IMG/VR virus record: IMGVR_UViG_2504643024_000001
Length of the DNA: 54,545 nucleotides
Origin: an uncultured virus (IMG/VR IMGVR_UViG_2504643024_000001)
Taxonomy: Duplodnaviria > Heunggongvirae > Uroviricota > Caudoviricetes
Strand: one strand, 5' to 3'
Part shown: positions 27,054-37,647 of the stretch, one piece after another
Numbering within the stretch: position 1 is the stretch's first letter
How the letters are laid out: each line of letters opens with the position of its first letter
Notes under the pieces: model-generated
The model's input: only the letters and a program-made list of their open reading frames with translations
Databases searched by the model: none
Told to the model about the DNA's origin: nothing
Made by a program: the position numbers and the translations under genes

Positions 27054-27599
27054 ATGACCTACAGAAACGTCGTTTCCGCAGTGGTGCGCGCTCTGGCCGC
27101 CGAGACCATCAACTCTGCAGGTGGGTGTGATTTTGAACCGAAGGTCCAGTGTGCCAAGCAGAAGGGGGAGATCGTCGGGAAGGAAGCTGCTTTCCTCACT
27201 GACTGCTGGGTGTTCGGCCGCTTGCATAAAGGGCTTGAAGCCTCACAGTGGCGCGCTCTGGTTGCGAAGTTCTCCACGCACACCGATCGTAAGCATGCGG
27301 CCATTGCTGAACTGACGCGCGCTATCCGCTCGCCTGCGCCAGAACGGTTTCGCCATTGCGCAGTGGTCACCTGGGCGCTCCCGAAGCTGCCAGGCGTGGA
27401 AGGAAAGCGCTCGACGAATGTGCTACCGGCCGCATGGTACGAGCTCGATAACTGGAGTGATGAGCCGCATCCAATCAAGACACAAGAGCGGTGGCGCAGA
27501 GAGATTCGCAAGAGCCTGGAGTCGGCGGTAGACAACGCCTTGCAGGCTGCCCAAGAAATTCTTGATCAAGAAGACCTAATTGGCACAGAAGCTGCTTGA
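27054..27599 (+). CDS. Putative late regulator/antiterminator (Q position)
   Basis: Last early gene, followed by promoter and terminators. Confidence 0.6.
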   Translation: MTYRNVVSAVVRALAAETINSAGGCDFEPKVQCAKQKGEIVGKEAAFLTDCWVFGRLHKGLEASQWRALVAKFSTHTDRKHAAIAELTRAIRSPAPERFRHCAVVTWALPKLPGVEGKRSTNVLPAAWYELDNWSDEPHPIKTQERWRREIRKSLESAVDNALQAAQEILDQEDLIGTEAA

Positions 27600-27697
27600 C
27601 AATGGCTGAGCCAATGAGCCATTATCTCGTCATCCTGTTGAATTTACGTGTGTAGGTAGCGCAGGAAGAAAGCCCGGCCAAGCGTCGGGCTTTTTGC
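27596..27697 (+). promoter_or_regulatory. PR'-like late promoter and terminator
   Basis: TTGACA..CATTAT then AAAGCCCG...CGGGCTTTTT. Confidence 0.6.
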
Positions 27698-28004
27698 TAT
27701 GCGGGTGATGCGCCATGACTGTCGTGCCGGGGCTCTCAGGAGCGATATCCAGACATACGTGGTACACCGGGTCGCGCGAACACCCGCACCTGTTCAAGTC
27801 CGGACAGCCTCTCGACGATGCACAAATCGTCCGGCAAAGCCCAGCCCTAAACCAGCTGGGCTTTTTTATGTCCTTCGTCCTAGGACAGTGGACGCCGTCT
27901 TGCACATCAAGGTCGCACCCGCAAGTATTTATTTTCCCATCTACTGCTCCCAAGCAGTCTTGGCCGCTCACACTGCGGCCTTTTTTATTCCTTGGAGTCA
28001 AACC

Positions 28005-28319
28005 ATGGCCGAACCAGCGAGCACAACTGCCGCGGGCATGCTGCTCGTGAAGTACGGCGCATTCATTGCTGGCTTCGCTGGAGCGCTGCTGTCGTTAACC
28101 TTCTTGCAGGGGCTGACCAGAAAGCAGGCTGCGAGCGCATTTTTGACGGGCTTCGCCTCTTCAGTGTTCACCACGCCGCTTGCCTTGCATTACTTCGCGC
28201 TGCCGGCTGACGGGGCCATTCAATACGGCGTCGCCTTCCTGATTGGCCTCCTCGCAATGAACATCATTCCGGGCCTGAAGGCGCTGGCAGGGAAGTTCGG
28301 CTCTACAGGAGCGTCCTGA
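28005..28319 (+). CDS. Putative holin
   Basis: Three hydrophobic segments, first late gene. Confidence 0.75.
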   Translation: MAEPASTTAAGMLLVKYGAFIAGFAGALLSLTFLQGLTRKQAASAFLTGFASSVFTTPLALHYFALPADGAIQYGVAFLIGLLAMNIIPGLKALAGKFGSTGAS

Positions 28320-28320
28320 C

Positions 28321-28593
28321 ATGAACATCATTCTTGTCTCTATTGACGCTTTCCTGTGCGTGCTGGTCGTCACGGCCGCTGTCGAGTACCTGCGCAAGGT
28401 CCGACCGGCTGATCAGCCGTTGCTGAGCCTATCATTTTACATGGTGGCGATTGCCGCATTCGGCAGTTTCGTTCAGGCGCTGCATGGCCAGATTGTCAGC
28501 CCGTACGCAGTCCTGCTGCATGCGGCCCTCGTGTTGTACGCCTGGGTACGCCGGGAGCACATCTTCGACTCTGTCGGGATGGCTCAGAAATGA
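28321..28593 (+). CDS. Membrane protein (holin/antiholin-like)
   Basis: Three hydrophobic segments next to holin. Confidence 0.6.
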   Translation: MNIILVSIDAFLCVLVVTAAVEYLRKVRPADQPLLSLSFYMVAIAAFGSFVQALHGQIVSPYAVLLHAALVLYAWVRREHIFDSVGMAQK

Positions 28594-28973
28594 GCCTTCT
28601 GAATTCACTCATCGCATGGATTGCGAAGCACTTCACCGAGAGTAAGACCATGACTGACACCAATGATGGCGCGCCAGCAGCTGAAATGACCGTGAACGAT
28701 CTGCAAGCAACGCTGGCTCCAGCTGCCGCCCCAGCACTGCTCGATGCGGGTTCAGCGTCCCCAGCCTCAGAGCCTGTCGATTTGCTCGGTCTGGCTGCTG
28801 TAGCCGTGAAGCTGGTCGATCCCGCAGCTGCGCCCGCAGTTGATGCGGTCCTTGCCTTGGACGCCATGATCCCGGCCGGCACCATCACCAAGCTCGAAAC
28901 CATCCTAGGTGCACTGGGCCACGAACTCCCTGCGTTCTGGGCTGAGGCTGTAGCGCTGGCGAAGAAGGCTTAA
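28590..28973 (+). CDS. Hypothetical Ala-rich protein
   Basis: Coupled ORF. Confidence 0.55.
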   Translation: MSLLNSLIAWIAKHFTESKTMTDTNDGAPAAEMTVNDLQATLAPAAAPALLDAGSASPASEPVDLLGLAAVAVKLVDPAAAPAVDAVLALDAMIPAGTITKLETILGALGHELPAFWAEAVALAKKA

Positions 28974-29232
28974 CAGTTAAACCAAAGGGCGCCTGGCTTC
29001 GTGCGGGCGCCACTCTACACATCCACGGTGACGATATGGCCAAGACCTTCCAGTTGCAGGCCTATCTCCCGTGGTGGTTCGTGTTTTACCTGAGAGCCGT
29101 CTACGTCTTCGCTTGGATGACTAACCTGGACGTCGATACCGGCAAGGTGACCGAGCAGGCCCGCAAGGCCATCCGGTTTCGCAAGCTTGAGATCCGCGAA
29201 GATCAACAGTAAGTGCCAAAAGGTGAGACTTA

Positions 29233-29664
29233 ATGACGACCATTGCCTACAAAGACGGCGTGATCGCCTATGACTCTCGGATCACCAGCGGCACACAGAT
29301 CTCGTATGACGATTACGAAAAATGCGTGGAGCGTGACGGCGTCCAATTCGTGATTACCGGGCACACCTCTGATTACGCGAAGCTCACAGGCGCCTACTTC
29401 GGTGAGCCGGCAACTGATATCAGTGCAAGCGCCATGGCTGTAGAGGACGGGCAAGTCTGGTATATCGGCCACGATGACGACACCGGAATCTGGAAGAGCA
29501 TCATCCTCGCCGACAAGTCCTATGCCATCGGTTCAGGCTCCAGCCACGCACTCACCGCAATGGACATGGGCGCATCCGCTTACCAAGCCGTCGAGATGGC
29601 CATGAAGCGTGACAGCTGCACTGGCGGCAAGATCAGAACGCTCACCGTGAAGGTGGAGCAGTAG
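29233..29664 (+). CDS. HslV/proteasome-beta-like Ntn hydrolase
   Basis: MTTIAY...DSR N-terminal Thr, AIGSGS, D..TGG. Confidence 0.75.
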   Translation: MTTIAYKDGVIAYDSRITSGTQISYDDYEKCVERDGVQFVITGHTSDYAKLTGAYFGEPATDISASAMAVEDGQVWYIGHDDDTGIWKSIILADKSYAIGSGSSHALTAMDMGASAYQAVEMAMKRDSCTGGKIRTLTVKVEQ

Positions 29665-29676
29665 AAGGAATTCAAC

Positions 29677-30276
29677 ATGGCAGTAAAGCAACCCGACTGG
29701 GAGGCGATTGAACGAGCCTACCGGGCTGGCGCGCTTTCCATCAGAACCATCGCCGAACGACACGACGTAAGCGACACGGCGATCAGAAAGAAAGCCAAGG
29801 CTCACGGATGGACAAGAGACCTTTCTGAGCAGGTGCGTAAAGAGGTTCGCAGCAAGCTGGTTCGCGGAGAGGTTCGCAACAGCCAAGGCGCGAACTGCGA
29901 ACCTGATGCAGAGATCATCGAAGAGGCCGCAGAAGAGGGCGCTCAGGTAGTTCGCAGTCATCGCCGCGACATCCGCAAGGCCACGAACCTTGCGAACCTA
30001 CTGATGGATGATCTGCTGATGACCATTCAGCAGCGTGAAGCCATCGAAGATGCGATTGACGAAGAGACCAAGGAAGATAGCAATGGTATGCGCCGAAGCT
30101 CGATGCTCTCGGCTGTTGGCCTTCCGAGCAATGCCAAGACTTTGTTTCAGTTGTCGTCGGCAATGAAGAACCTGCAGGTCCTTGAGCGCCAGGCATTCGG
30201 CCTGGACGACAAAGAGCAGCCCGGAGACTCGGATGAATTGTCCAGAATGATTGACGATCTATCGAAGGAAGCCTGA
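29677..30276 (+). CDS. terS: Terminase small subunit
   Basis: PDWEAIERAYRAG HTH, precedes TerL. Confidence 0.8.
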   Translation: MAVKQPDWEAIERAYRAGALSIRTIAERHDVSDTAIRKKAKAHGWTRDLSEQVRKEVRSKLVRGEVRNSQGANCEPDAEIIEEAAEEGAQVVRSHRRDIRKATNLANLLMDDLLMTIQQREAIEDAIDEETKEDSNGMRRSSMLSAVGLPSNAKTLFQLSSAMKNLQVLERQAFGLDDKEQPGDSDELSRMIDDLSKEA

Positions 30277-30277
30277 C

Positions 30278-31759
30278 ATGAAGCCCGAGCACTTGAAGCT
30301 GCTCCGGGACAAGAAATGGCGCCTTAATAATCTCTACTTCATCACGGACAAGCAGGGCAAGAAGGTCCGCTTCCGGATGACGGACGAGCAGGTCGAGTAC
30401 TTCGATGGTTTGCATACCCGCAACATCATCCTGAAAGCTCGCCAGCTCGGCTTCACCACCGAATGCTGCATTATCCAACTGGACGCGGCTCTGTTCGAGT
30501 CGGCCAAGTGCGCATTGATTGCTCATACCCTGAACGACGCCAAGCGCCTGTTCCGGGAGAAGGTGAAGTACGCCTACGACAACCTGCCGCTTGAGATCCG
30601 CAAGGCCAACCCGGCGCGCAACGATGCATCTGGCGAGCTGGTGTTCAGCAAGGGCGGATCGATCTACGTTTCCACGTCCTTCCGGGGCGGCACGCTGCGT
30701 TACCTGCATGTGTCCGAGTTCGGGAAGATCTGTGCCAAGTTTCCACACAAGGCCCGCGAGATTGTCACCGGCGCCTTCGAAGCCGTGGCCACTGACTGTT
30801 TCGTCACCATTGAGTCGACGGCGGAGGGCCGGGCCGGCTACTTCTTCGATTACAGCCAGATGGCAGAAAAGCAGGCCTCTTCAGGGGCTGCGCTCGGCCC
30901 GCTGGACTGGAAGTTCTTCTTTTTCAGCTGGTGGAAGAACGCGCAGTACGCAATTGAGCCGCTTGCCGTGCTCCCGCAGCGACTGGCTGACTATTTTGCA
31001 GAGCTGAAGGCGAAGCATGGGATCAGCATCAGCGCCGCTCAGGCAGCCTGGTATGCAGCCAAGGAGAAGACACTCGGCGACGACATGAAGCGGGAATACC
31101 CGTCAGTGCCGGCCGAAGCGTTCCAGCAGTCGATCGAAGGCGCCTACTACGCCAAGCAGTTCGCCAAGCTCTACGCCAACCAGCGCGTCGGCGTCATTCC
31201 GAACAATGATCACCTACCAGTGCACACGTTCTGGGACATCGGCGTCGGCGACTCTACGGCGATCTGGTTCGTCCGGATGGTTGGTGAGGAATACCACATC
31301 GTCGACTTCTACGAGAACAGCGGCGAAGGCCTGCGGCACTACATGAAGACGCTGAAGGATCGAGGCTACACCTACGGCGAGCACTGGGGTCCGCACGACA
31401 TCGACAACCGCGAGTTTGGCAGCGACGGCAAGACCCGCCGTGAACTGGCCCGTGAGGGCTACGAGATCGACGGCAGCAAATACAGCATCAAATTCAGCGT
31501 CGTTCCAAAACTCGGCATCGACGAAGGCATTGAGCAGGCCCGGGAGATCCTGGCCCGCTGCGCCTTCGATGATTCCAAGTGCGAGAAAGGGGTTTCCGCC
31601 CTGGAAAACTACCGCAAGGAATGGGACGACAAGCGCGGCTGCTGGAAAGACAAGCCGCTGCACGACTGGTCATCCCACGCCGCCGACGCCTTCCGTTACT
31701 TCGCCGTGGCCAAAGGCCGCCGCAAACGCATCGCCACCAGCGAACCTCTGAGAATGTGA
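30278..31759 (+). CDS. terL: Terminase large subunit
   Basis: ILKARQLGFTT Walker A, LHVSE, ESTAEG, SHAADAFRY. Confidence 0.95.
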   Translation: MKPEHLKLLRDKKWRLNNLYFITDKQGKKVRFRMTDEQVEYFDGLHTRNIILKARQLGFTTECCIIQLDAALFESAKCALIAHTLNDAKRLFREKVKYAYDNLPLEIRKANPARNDASGELVFSKGGSIYVSTSFRGGTLRYLHVSEFGKICAKFPHKAREIVTGAFEAVATDCFVTIESTAEGRAGYFFDYSQMAEKQASSGAALGPLDWKFFFFSWWKNAQYAIEPLAVLPQRLADYFAELKAKHGISISAAQAAWYAAKEKTLGDDMKREYPSVPAEAFQQSIEGAYYAKQFAKLYANQRVGVIPNNDHLPVHTFWDIGVGDSTAIWFVRMVGEEYHIVDFYENSGEGLRHYMKTLKDRGYTYGEHWGPHDIDNREFGSDGKTRRELAREGYEIDGSKYSIKFSVVPKLGIDEGIEQAREILARCAFDDSKCEKGVSALENYRKEWDDKRGCWKDKPLHDWSSHAADAFRYFAVAKGRRKRIATSEPLRM

Positions 31760-31761
31760 AT

Positions 31762-33150
31762 ATGAGTGATGACCCGAGCAAAACGCTCCCTGTCGTAGAT
31801 GAAATGCGAAAGGACTGGGCCATCGTTGACGCTCTCATGGGTGGGACGAGGGCCATGCGCGATGCTGGCAAGAAGTTCTTGCCGCAATGGCCGAAGGAAG
31901 AGAGTGATATCTACCAAGCGCGGCTCAATGCCTCGACGCTGCTACCAGCGCTGAGCGAGACCGTGCAGAACATGACCGGACGCGTCTTTGCTGATCCGAT
32001 CAAGTTCACCGAGGATGTTCCCAAGCCAATCCAAGAGATGGCCGAGGACTTCGACCTCCAGGGCAATAACCTGCAGGTCTGGGCTCAGTCGCTGTTCAGC
32101 ATTGGCCTGTCGCATGCGATCTGTCACGTACTGGTCGACTATCCGCAGGCGGATGGGCTCAAGACCAAGGCTGACGAGAAATCGGCGGGTGTGCGCCCCT
32201 ACGCGGTGATCATCAAGCCGGGCCAGGTGCTCGGCTGGCGCTCTGCGAACAAGGGCGGTGAACAGGTTTTGACCCAGTTCCGCTACATGGAGAGCGTCGA
32301 AGTCGACGACGGCGAGTTTGGAACCAAGAGCGTGCCGCAGATTCGCGTGCTCGTTCCGGGCGCCTGGGCCACTTACGTCGAGGTTGATGATGGCAACGGC
32401 AAGAAGACCTGGCAGAAGAACGCCGAGGGCCTGACAAGCCTCGATGTGATCCCGCTGACCACCTTCTACACCAAGCGCACCGGTTTCATGACGGCAACAC
32501 CGCCACTCCTTGAACTGGCGAACATGAACATCAAGCATTGGCAGTCCCAGAGCGACCAGGACAACATCCTGCACGTCGCCCGAGTGCCGATGCTGGCGGT
32601 GATTGGCCTCGATGAGGGTGATTCGATCACCGTCGGTGCCGGCGCGGCCACCAGACTGCCAAAAGACTGCGACATGAAGTGGGTTGAGCACACCGGCAAG
32701 TCCATTGAGGCCGGTCGGCAATCGCTGATGGATCTCGTCGACGACATGCGCCTCGCTGGGGCCAAGCTGCTCCAGAAGGAAAAGCAGACGCTCAAGACTG
32801 CCACGCAGGCCGAGGACGAAGCGGCTCAAGAGCTGAGCCCGCTGCAAACCATGGCCGGCCAGTTTGAAGATGCGCTCGACCAGATCCTGCAGTACTTCGC
32901 GCTCTGGATGAAGCTTCCGGAAGGCGGTCACGTTCAGGTCAATGGCAACTTCGATATCGACTTCTCGCCCGAAATGACCATGCCGTTCCTGCTCAACATG
33001 AACATCAACGGCGTGCTGTCCGATCAAAGCCTGTTTGCCGAGGTCCAGCGCCGCGGCATGCTTAGCGAAGACCTCGATTGGGAGGAAGAGCTGGAGAAAA
33101 TCAAGGCTCAGCCGGTGAAACCGACCGCTCGACCGCTCGATCAGCAATAA
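31762..33150 (+). CDS. Portal protein (DUF4055-like)
   Basis: Follows TerL; ALMGGT.AMR.AG..FLP motif. Confidence 0.85.
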   Translation: MSDDPSKTLPVVDEMRKDWAIVDALMGGTRAMRDAGKKFLPQWPKEESDIYQARLNASTLLPALSETVQNMTGRVFADPIKFTEDVPKPIQEMAEDFDLQGNNLQVWAQSLFSIGLSHAICHVLVDYPQADGLKTKADEKSAGVRPYAVIIKPGQVLGWRSANKGGEQVLTQFRYMESVEVDDGEFGTKSVPQIRVLVPGAWATYVEVDDGNGKKTWQKNAEGLTSLDVIPLTTFYTKRTGFMTATPPLLELANMNIKHWQSQSDQDNILHVARVPMLAVIGLDEGDSITVGAGAATRLPKDCDMKWVEHTGKSIEAGRQSLMDLVDDMRLAGAKLLQKEKQTLKTATQAEDEAAQELSPLQTMAGQFEDALDQILQYFALWMKLPEGGHVQVNGNFDIDFSPEMTMPFLLNMNINGVLSDQSLFAEVQRRGMLSEDLDWEEELEKIKAQPVKPTARPLDQQ

Positions 33151-33271
33151 CCGAACACCGAATAACAGCCCTGGCACTCGCCGGGGCTTTTTTATGGGCG
33201 CGATTCCGGATGGATAGCGCCGCTGCGGGCCGGATGGCTCAACAAATGGGCGGATGCCCGGAGATGCATCA

Positions 33272-34030
33272 ATGAAACTGAAACTGGACGACCAAGGCCA
33301 CGTTGTACTGCAAGACGGCAAGCCGGTGTACGTGTACGACGATGGTAAAGAGGTCGCATTCGATGCGCCTGGCACCGTCAACACGATCACTCGACTGAAC
33401 GCTGAAGCCAAGACCCACCGCGAAGGCAAAGAGGCTGCTGAAACAGCCCTGAAAGCTTTCGAGGGGATCACGGACGGCGCTGCCGCCAAGAAAGCCCTGG
33501 AGCTTGTGTCGAAGCTCGATCAGAAAAAGCTGGTGGATGCCGGCGAAATCGACGTGGTGCGCACCGAAATCAGCAAGGCCTTCCAAGGCCAGGTTGATGA
33601 ATGGTCCACCAAGGCGCAGGCCTTCGAAAAGCAGCTCTACGAAGAAAAGATCGGCGGTGCATTCAGCCGTTCCAAGTACATCGGCGAGAAGCTGGCAATC
33701 CCCGCAGACCTGGTCCAGTCCAAATTCGGCGCCGCCTTCAAAGTCGAGGATGGCAAAACCATCGCCTATGACCAGCACGGCCAGAAGATCTACAGCCGTA
33801 CCCGCCCTGGCGAAATCGCTGACTTCGACGAAGCAATCGAAACCCTTGTTGAGCAATACCCGCACCGCGATCACATCTTGAAGGGTTCTGGAGCCACCGG
33901 CTCTGGCGCCACGAACAACGGTGGGAATGGCGGCCAAGGCAAAAAAACTATCTCCCGCACGCAGTTCGACGCACTTGACCCCATGGGCAAGCATGCGCAC
34001 GTCACTGCGGGCGGTGAAGTGACCGACTGA
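33272..34030 (+). CDS. Capsid scaffolding protein
   Basis: Precedes capsid; Gly-rich C-terminal linker. Confidence 0.75.
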   Translation: MKLKLDDQGHVVLQDGKPVYVYDDGKEVAFDAPGTVNTITRLNAEAKTHREGKEAAETALKAFEGITDGAAAKKALELVSKLDQKKLVDAGEIDVVRTEISKAFQGQVDEWSTKAQAFEKQLYEEKIGGAFSRSKYIGEKLAIPADLVQSKFGAAFKVEDGKTIAYDQHGQKIYSRTRPGEIADFDEAIETLVEQYPHRDHILKGSGATGSGATNNGGNGGQGKKTISRTQFDALDPMGKHAHVTAGGEVTD

Positions 34031-34045
34031 TCCTAGGAGTAATCC

Positions 34046-35200
34046 ATGAGCAACACTCTCACCGGCCTGACAACCACGATCTACAACGCACTGGACGTCG
34101 TGTCCCGCGAACTGGTTGGGTTTATCCCCGCCGTTTCGGCAGACATGACCTTCGAGCGTGCCGCGAAAGGTCAAACCGTGACCTCGCCAGTCGCACCTGC
34201 GGCTACCGCGTCCGACTTCACGCCTGCGGTGACAGCGCCAAACGATGGTGATCAGACCATCGGCAGTGTGTCGATGACCATCACCAAGTCTCGCCGTGTA
34301 CCGGTTCGCTGGAACGGTGAAGAGAAACGCGGCCTGGACAACAACGGCGCCTCGTACAACGTCATCCTGCGCGACCAGCTCGCTCAGGGCATGCGTGCGC
34401 TGGTCAACGAGGTTGAAAGCGATATCTCCAACCTCTGCCTCGGTGCCTCCCGCGCTTACGGCACTCCAGGCACCGTGCCATTCGCCACCAACCTGGCCGA
34501 AGCCGCGCAGATGCGCAAAATCCTGGCCGACAACGGCGCGCCGATGAGCGACCTGCAGATGGTGCTGGACACCTCGGCCGGCGCCAGCATGCGCACCCTC
34601 GGTCAACTGACCAAGGCGAACGAAGCGGCTGATACCACCATGCTGCGCCGTGGCGTTCTGCTCGACGTGCACGGTTTCGCAATCCGTGAATCGGCGCAGG
34701 TCAAGACCGTCATTGCTGGCACTGGCGCTTCGGCGACCACCAACACCGCCGGTTATGCCGTTGGTGCGACAGTCATCACTCTGGCCGTAGCCGGCACTGG
34801 CACCCTGTTGGCGGGCGACATCATCACCATCGCCGGTGACACCAACAAGTACGTGCTGGCCTCCGGTGATGGCGATGTCTCCAACGGTGGCACCTTCACC
34901 CTGGCGGCTCCCGGCCTGCGCAAGGCGATCCCTGCTTCTGCGACGGCCATCACCGTCATCGCTGCGACCACTCGCAGCATGGCGTTCGCTCGATCGGCCC
35001 TCGCCGTGGCAACCCGCGCACCAGCCCTGCCAGAAGGCGGCGACAGTGCATCGGATCGGATGATCATCACCGACCCAACCAGCGGCCTGTCGTTCGAGAT
35101 CTCGTTGTACAAGCAATACCGCCAGATTCAGTACGAGATCGCGCTGGCCTGGGGTGTTGCCATGGTCAAGCCAGAGCACACCGCGCTGCTGCTGGCGTGA
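34046..35200 (+). CDS. Major capsid protein (P22-coat-like)
   Basis: ALDVVSRELVGFIP, position, downstream terminator. Confidence 0.85.
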   Translation: MSNTLTGLTTTIYNALDVVSRELVGFIPAVSADMTFERAAKGQTVTSPVAPAATASDFTPAVTAPNDGDQTIGSVSMTITKSRRVPVRWNGEEKRGLDNNGASYNVILRDQLAQGMRALVNEVESDISNLCLGASRAYGTPGTVPFATNLAEAAQMRKILADNGAPMSDLQMVLDTSAGASMRTLGQLTKANEAADTTMLRRGVLLDVHGFAIRESAQVKTVIAGTGASATTNTAGYAVGATVITLAVAGTGTLLAGDIITIAGDTNKYVLASGDGDVSNGGTFTLAAPGLRKAIPASATAITVIAATTRSMAFARSALAVATRAPALPEGGDSASDRMIITDPTSGLSFEISLYKQYRQIQYEIALAWGVAMVKPEHTALLLA

Positions 35201-35251
35201 TGACTGAGCCCGGGGCTTCGGCTCCGGGCTCACTCTTTTCAGGGGATACGC

Positions 35252-35497
35252 ATGAGCGACAAGACTATTCAGGTCAAGCCGTGGGGTGAAGGGCAGGGCG
35301 ACTTCGTGATCATCAACGAAGACGACTTCAACGAGGACTTCCATGAGTTGCTGGAAGCCAAGAAACCGACCGCCAAGGAAGTGAAAGCTGCCAAGTTGCT
35401 GGTTGACACTCAGGCCGCACTGACCGCCAAGGGCGTTGCCTTCGGCGAGTCGGATACGCAGGAACAGCTTCAGGCCCTGCTTGACGCTGCTCAGTAA
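35252..35497 (+). CDS. Small head-associated protein
   Basis: Post-capsid ORF with HeH/LEM-like tail. Confidence 0.55.
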   Translation: MSDKTIQVKPWGEGQGDFVIINEDDFNEDFHELLEAKKPTAKEVKAAKLLVDTQAALTAKGVAFGESDTQEQLQALLDAAQ

Positions 35498-35514
35498 AAC
35501 CCAAGGGGCTCACC

Positions 35515-35907
35515 ATGCTTACCGATCAACAAAAGTCTGACGCCCGCCGCTATGCCGGTTACCCGATGCAAGGCGACGTGGTGCTGGATGATCGGCGCGA
35601 TACGGCGTGGGGCTGGGTTGCTCCGGCGATCTGGCAGACGATGAATCATCGGCTGAACAATCTGCGCCCTGAGGAAGAGGTCACCATGATCTCGTTCCTG
35701 ACCAAGATTGCCGGGCTCGAGGCGGACGTGCTGTCCTCGACCGACAACCTTGACACCGATCAGGCCGCCGTCTGGGTGCACAACAAGAACGAAGTGCGCG
35801 ACCGCATGGGCCTTTACCGGATGTGGCGGCGCGAACTGTGCGGCTTTCTCGGCGTGCCGGCCGGTCCATCCCTAGGCGACGGCAGCATCAGCCTGGCAAG
35901 GGGCTGA
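35515..35907 (+). CDS. Putative head-tail adaptor
   Basis: Synteny only. Confidence 0.55.
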   Translation: MLTDQQKSDARRYAGYPMQGDVVLDDRRDTAWGWVAPAIWQTMNHRLNNLRPEEEVTMISFLTKIAGLEADVLSSTDNLDTDQAAVWVHNKNEVRDRMGLYRMWRRELCGFLGVPAGPSLGDGSISLARG

Positions 35908-35908
35908 C

Positions 35909-36547
35909 ATGGACGGCACCAAGCTCCAAGCCAAGATTTACAAAGGATACGCGCAGGCAGCCAAGCGAATCGGTTTCCCTTACCAGCAATTTCGCGCCAC
36001 CAGCGCCAATAATCCGCTGCTGACAACCGCTTTGCAGACACTGCCTGCGTCGTTCACTACGAACTTCACCTACAGCGCGCCGAACAAGTACGGACAGGCC
36101 ACTTGGCTGGGCCTATTTGATGGGCGCACGTTTCTGCCCGGCGATTACCTGGTGGGTAAGGGCGGCACGTTCTTCATTGCCGCCATGCAAGCCACGCTGC
36201 CGATCTACTGCGTGCAGACCAACCGGGTTGTCTCGGTCCTGCGCGTGGCGATGGATACCGGGCCGGGATTGCTTGGCTATGCCGGCGATACCGCGGCGAC
36301 CGAGGTCGCTTTGATGCAAGGCTGGCCTGCCAGCGTCTTGCAGGGCACCAAAGGCGAGCAGAACCCGACCCAGCTGCCGGGTGATGTGCGCACGCCGTGG
36401 TGGCTGGTGCTGATGCCGGCTTGGCCCGGTATCACGCTGCGGACCAGCGACATCATCCGCGACGAGTTGGGCCGCAAATACGTGATTTCCAGTGCCGAGC
36501 TGACCGATATGGGTTGGCGGTGCACGGCAATGCAGGCGCAGGTGTGA
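35909..36547 (+). CDS. Putative head-closure protein
   Basis: Synteny only. Confidence 0.5.
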   Translation: MDGTKLQAKIYKGYAQAAKRIGFPYQQFRATSANNPLLTTALQTLPASFTTNFTYSAPNKYGQATWLGLFDGRTFLPGDYLVGKGGTFFIAAMQATLPIYCVQTNRVVSVLRVAMDTGPGLLGYAGDTAATEVALMQGWPASVLQGTKGEQNPTQLPGDVRTPWWLVLMPAWPGITLRTSDIIRDELGRKYVISSAELTDMGWRCTAMQAQV

Positions 36548-36548
36548 T

Positions 36549-37370
36549 ATGGCGAGCCTAACCGACGTACTGAAGCAGGTCGCGGCGCAGATCGCCACCA
36601 TCGTCTACCCGGCCGGGACCGGGCAGCCAAGTATTGCCGGGATGCCCATCAAGGTTTACCCCGGCTGGCCTATTCCTAAAACGCTTGAGGCGGATCTGGC
36701 GGCGGGGAAGGTACACGTCAGCGTCTACGCCGCCGGCAGGGATAAGAAGACCACCCGCTACCTGGGTAAGTCGTGGATCACGCTCTCCGCCCCAGTGCAT
36801 ACGGTCGCCATGACCGTCGCCGGCTCGGTGGTGACGCTCTCCGGCACGGTCAGCAAGCAAAACCTGCTGATCAGCCTGAATGGCATCAGCTACGTCTACG
36901 CCATGCAGCCTAGCGACACGCTCACGACCGCCGCAGCCGGCCTTGCATCGCTAGTGCCTGGCGCTTCCAGCGCTGGGCCAGTCGTTACGCTCACGGGCGC
37001 GCACAGCGTCTTCACGCGAGTCGGCGGTTTCGGTGCGGCAATCAAGGAAACCAAGCGCCAGGCGCAATCGGTGCAGGTCACTGTTTGGGCCAGCACGCCG
37101 AATGCCCGCGATCTCGTCGAAAGCGCGATCGATTCCACGCTGTCCGACAGCAACAATATTGCGTTCCCAGATGGCTCGGTGGGGATCATTGAGTACTCCG
37201 GCCGACTCATGGACGACAAGCTGCAAAAGGCCAACCTCTACCGGATGGACCTCTTCTACCTGATCGACTACGCCACCACCCAGACACAACAAGCGGCCGA
37301 AGTTATCGCTCCGGTGCTGAATATCGTCAACGCCCAGTCCGGGCTTCCAATCGCAACGCTGAACCCTTGA
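36549..37370 (+). CDS. Putative tail terminator/neck protein
   Basis: Synteny only. Confidence 0.5.
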   Translation: MASLTDVLKQVAAQIATIVYPAGTGQPSIAGMPIKVYPGWPIPKTLEADLAAGKVHVSVYAAGRDKKTTRYLGKSWITLSAPVHTVAMTVAGSVVTLSGTVSKQNLLISLNGISYVYAMQPSDTLTTAAAGLASLVPGASSAGPVVTLTGAHSVFTRVGGFGAAIKETKRQAQSVQVTVWASTPNARDLVESAIDSTLSDSNNIAFPDGSVGIIEYSGRLMDDKLQKANLYRMDLFYLIDYATTQTQQAAEVIAPVLNIVNAQSGLPIATLNP

Positions 37371-37378
37371 GGCCCGAC

Positions 37379-37585
37379 ATGGACTCCGATACCCCAGATA
37401 GCAGTGTGGTTGCTGCACCAGCATCCGCACCGGCCGCAAAGGCCAAGACTTCGCCATTTTCGCTGACCGTTAAGTTCGCCTTCGCCGACTACCAGGTCGG
37501 CCAAAGCATTACCGACCCCAGTGAAGTCGCCGCCGTCCTGGCTGGCGAATGCGCCGGCAACGTCCTGAAAGTCGCCACCGCCTGA
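37379..37585 (+). CDS. Small virion-region protein
   Basis: GAGG RBS. Confidence 0.5.
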   Translation: MDSDTPDSSVVAAPASAPAAKAKTSPFSLTVKFAFADYQVGQSITDPSEVAAVLAGECAGNVLKVATA

Positions 37586-37647
37586 CAAGCGAAACCCACA
37601 CACAAGAAACCGCCCACTGAGGCGGTTTTTTCATTTAGGAGGAAGCC

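Noticed and set aside
28005..28593. Holins separated from endolysin/spanins by about 24 kb as novel
   Set aside because: Split lysis modules are common in Pseudomonas phages and tailocins
33150..33272. Absence of a minor head (gp7/F-like) gene between portal and scaffold as a deletion
   Set aside because: No remnant visible and the gene is dispensable in many phages; cannot be supported without comparison
31942..35344. Long minus-strand ORFs (515 and 691 aa)
   Set aside because: Antisense shadows of portal, scaffold and capsid genes in GC-rich codon-biased DNA
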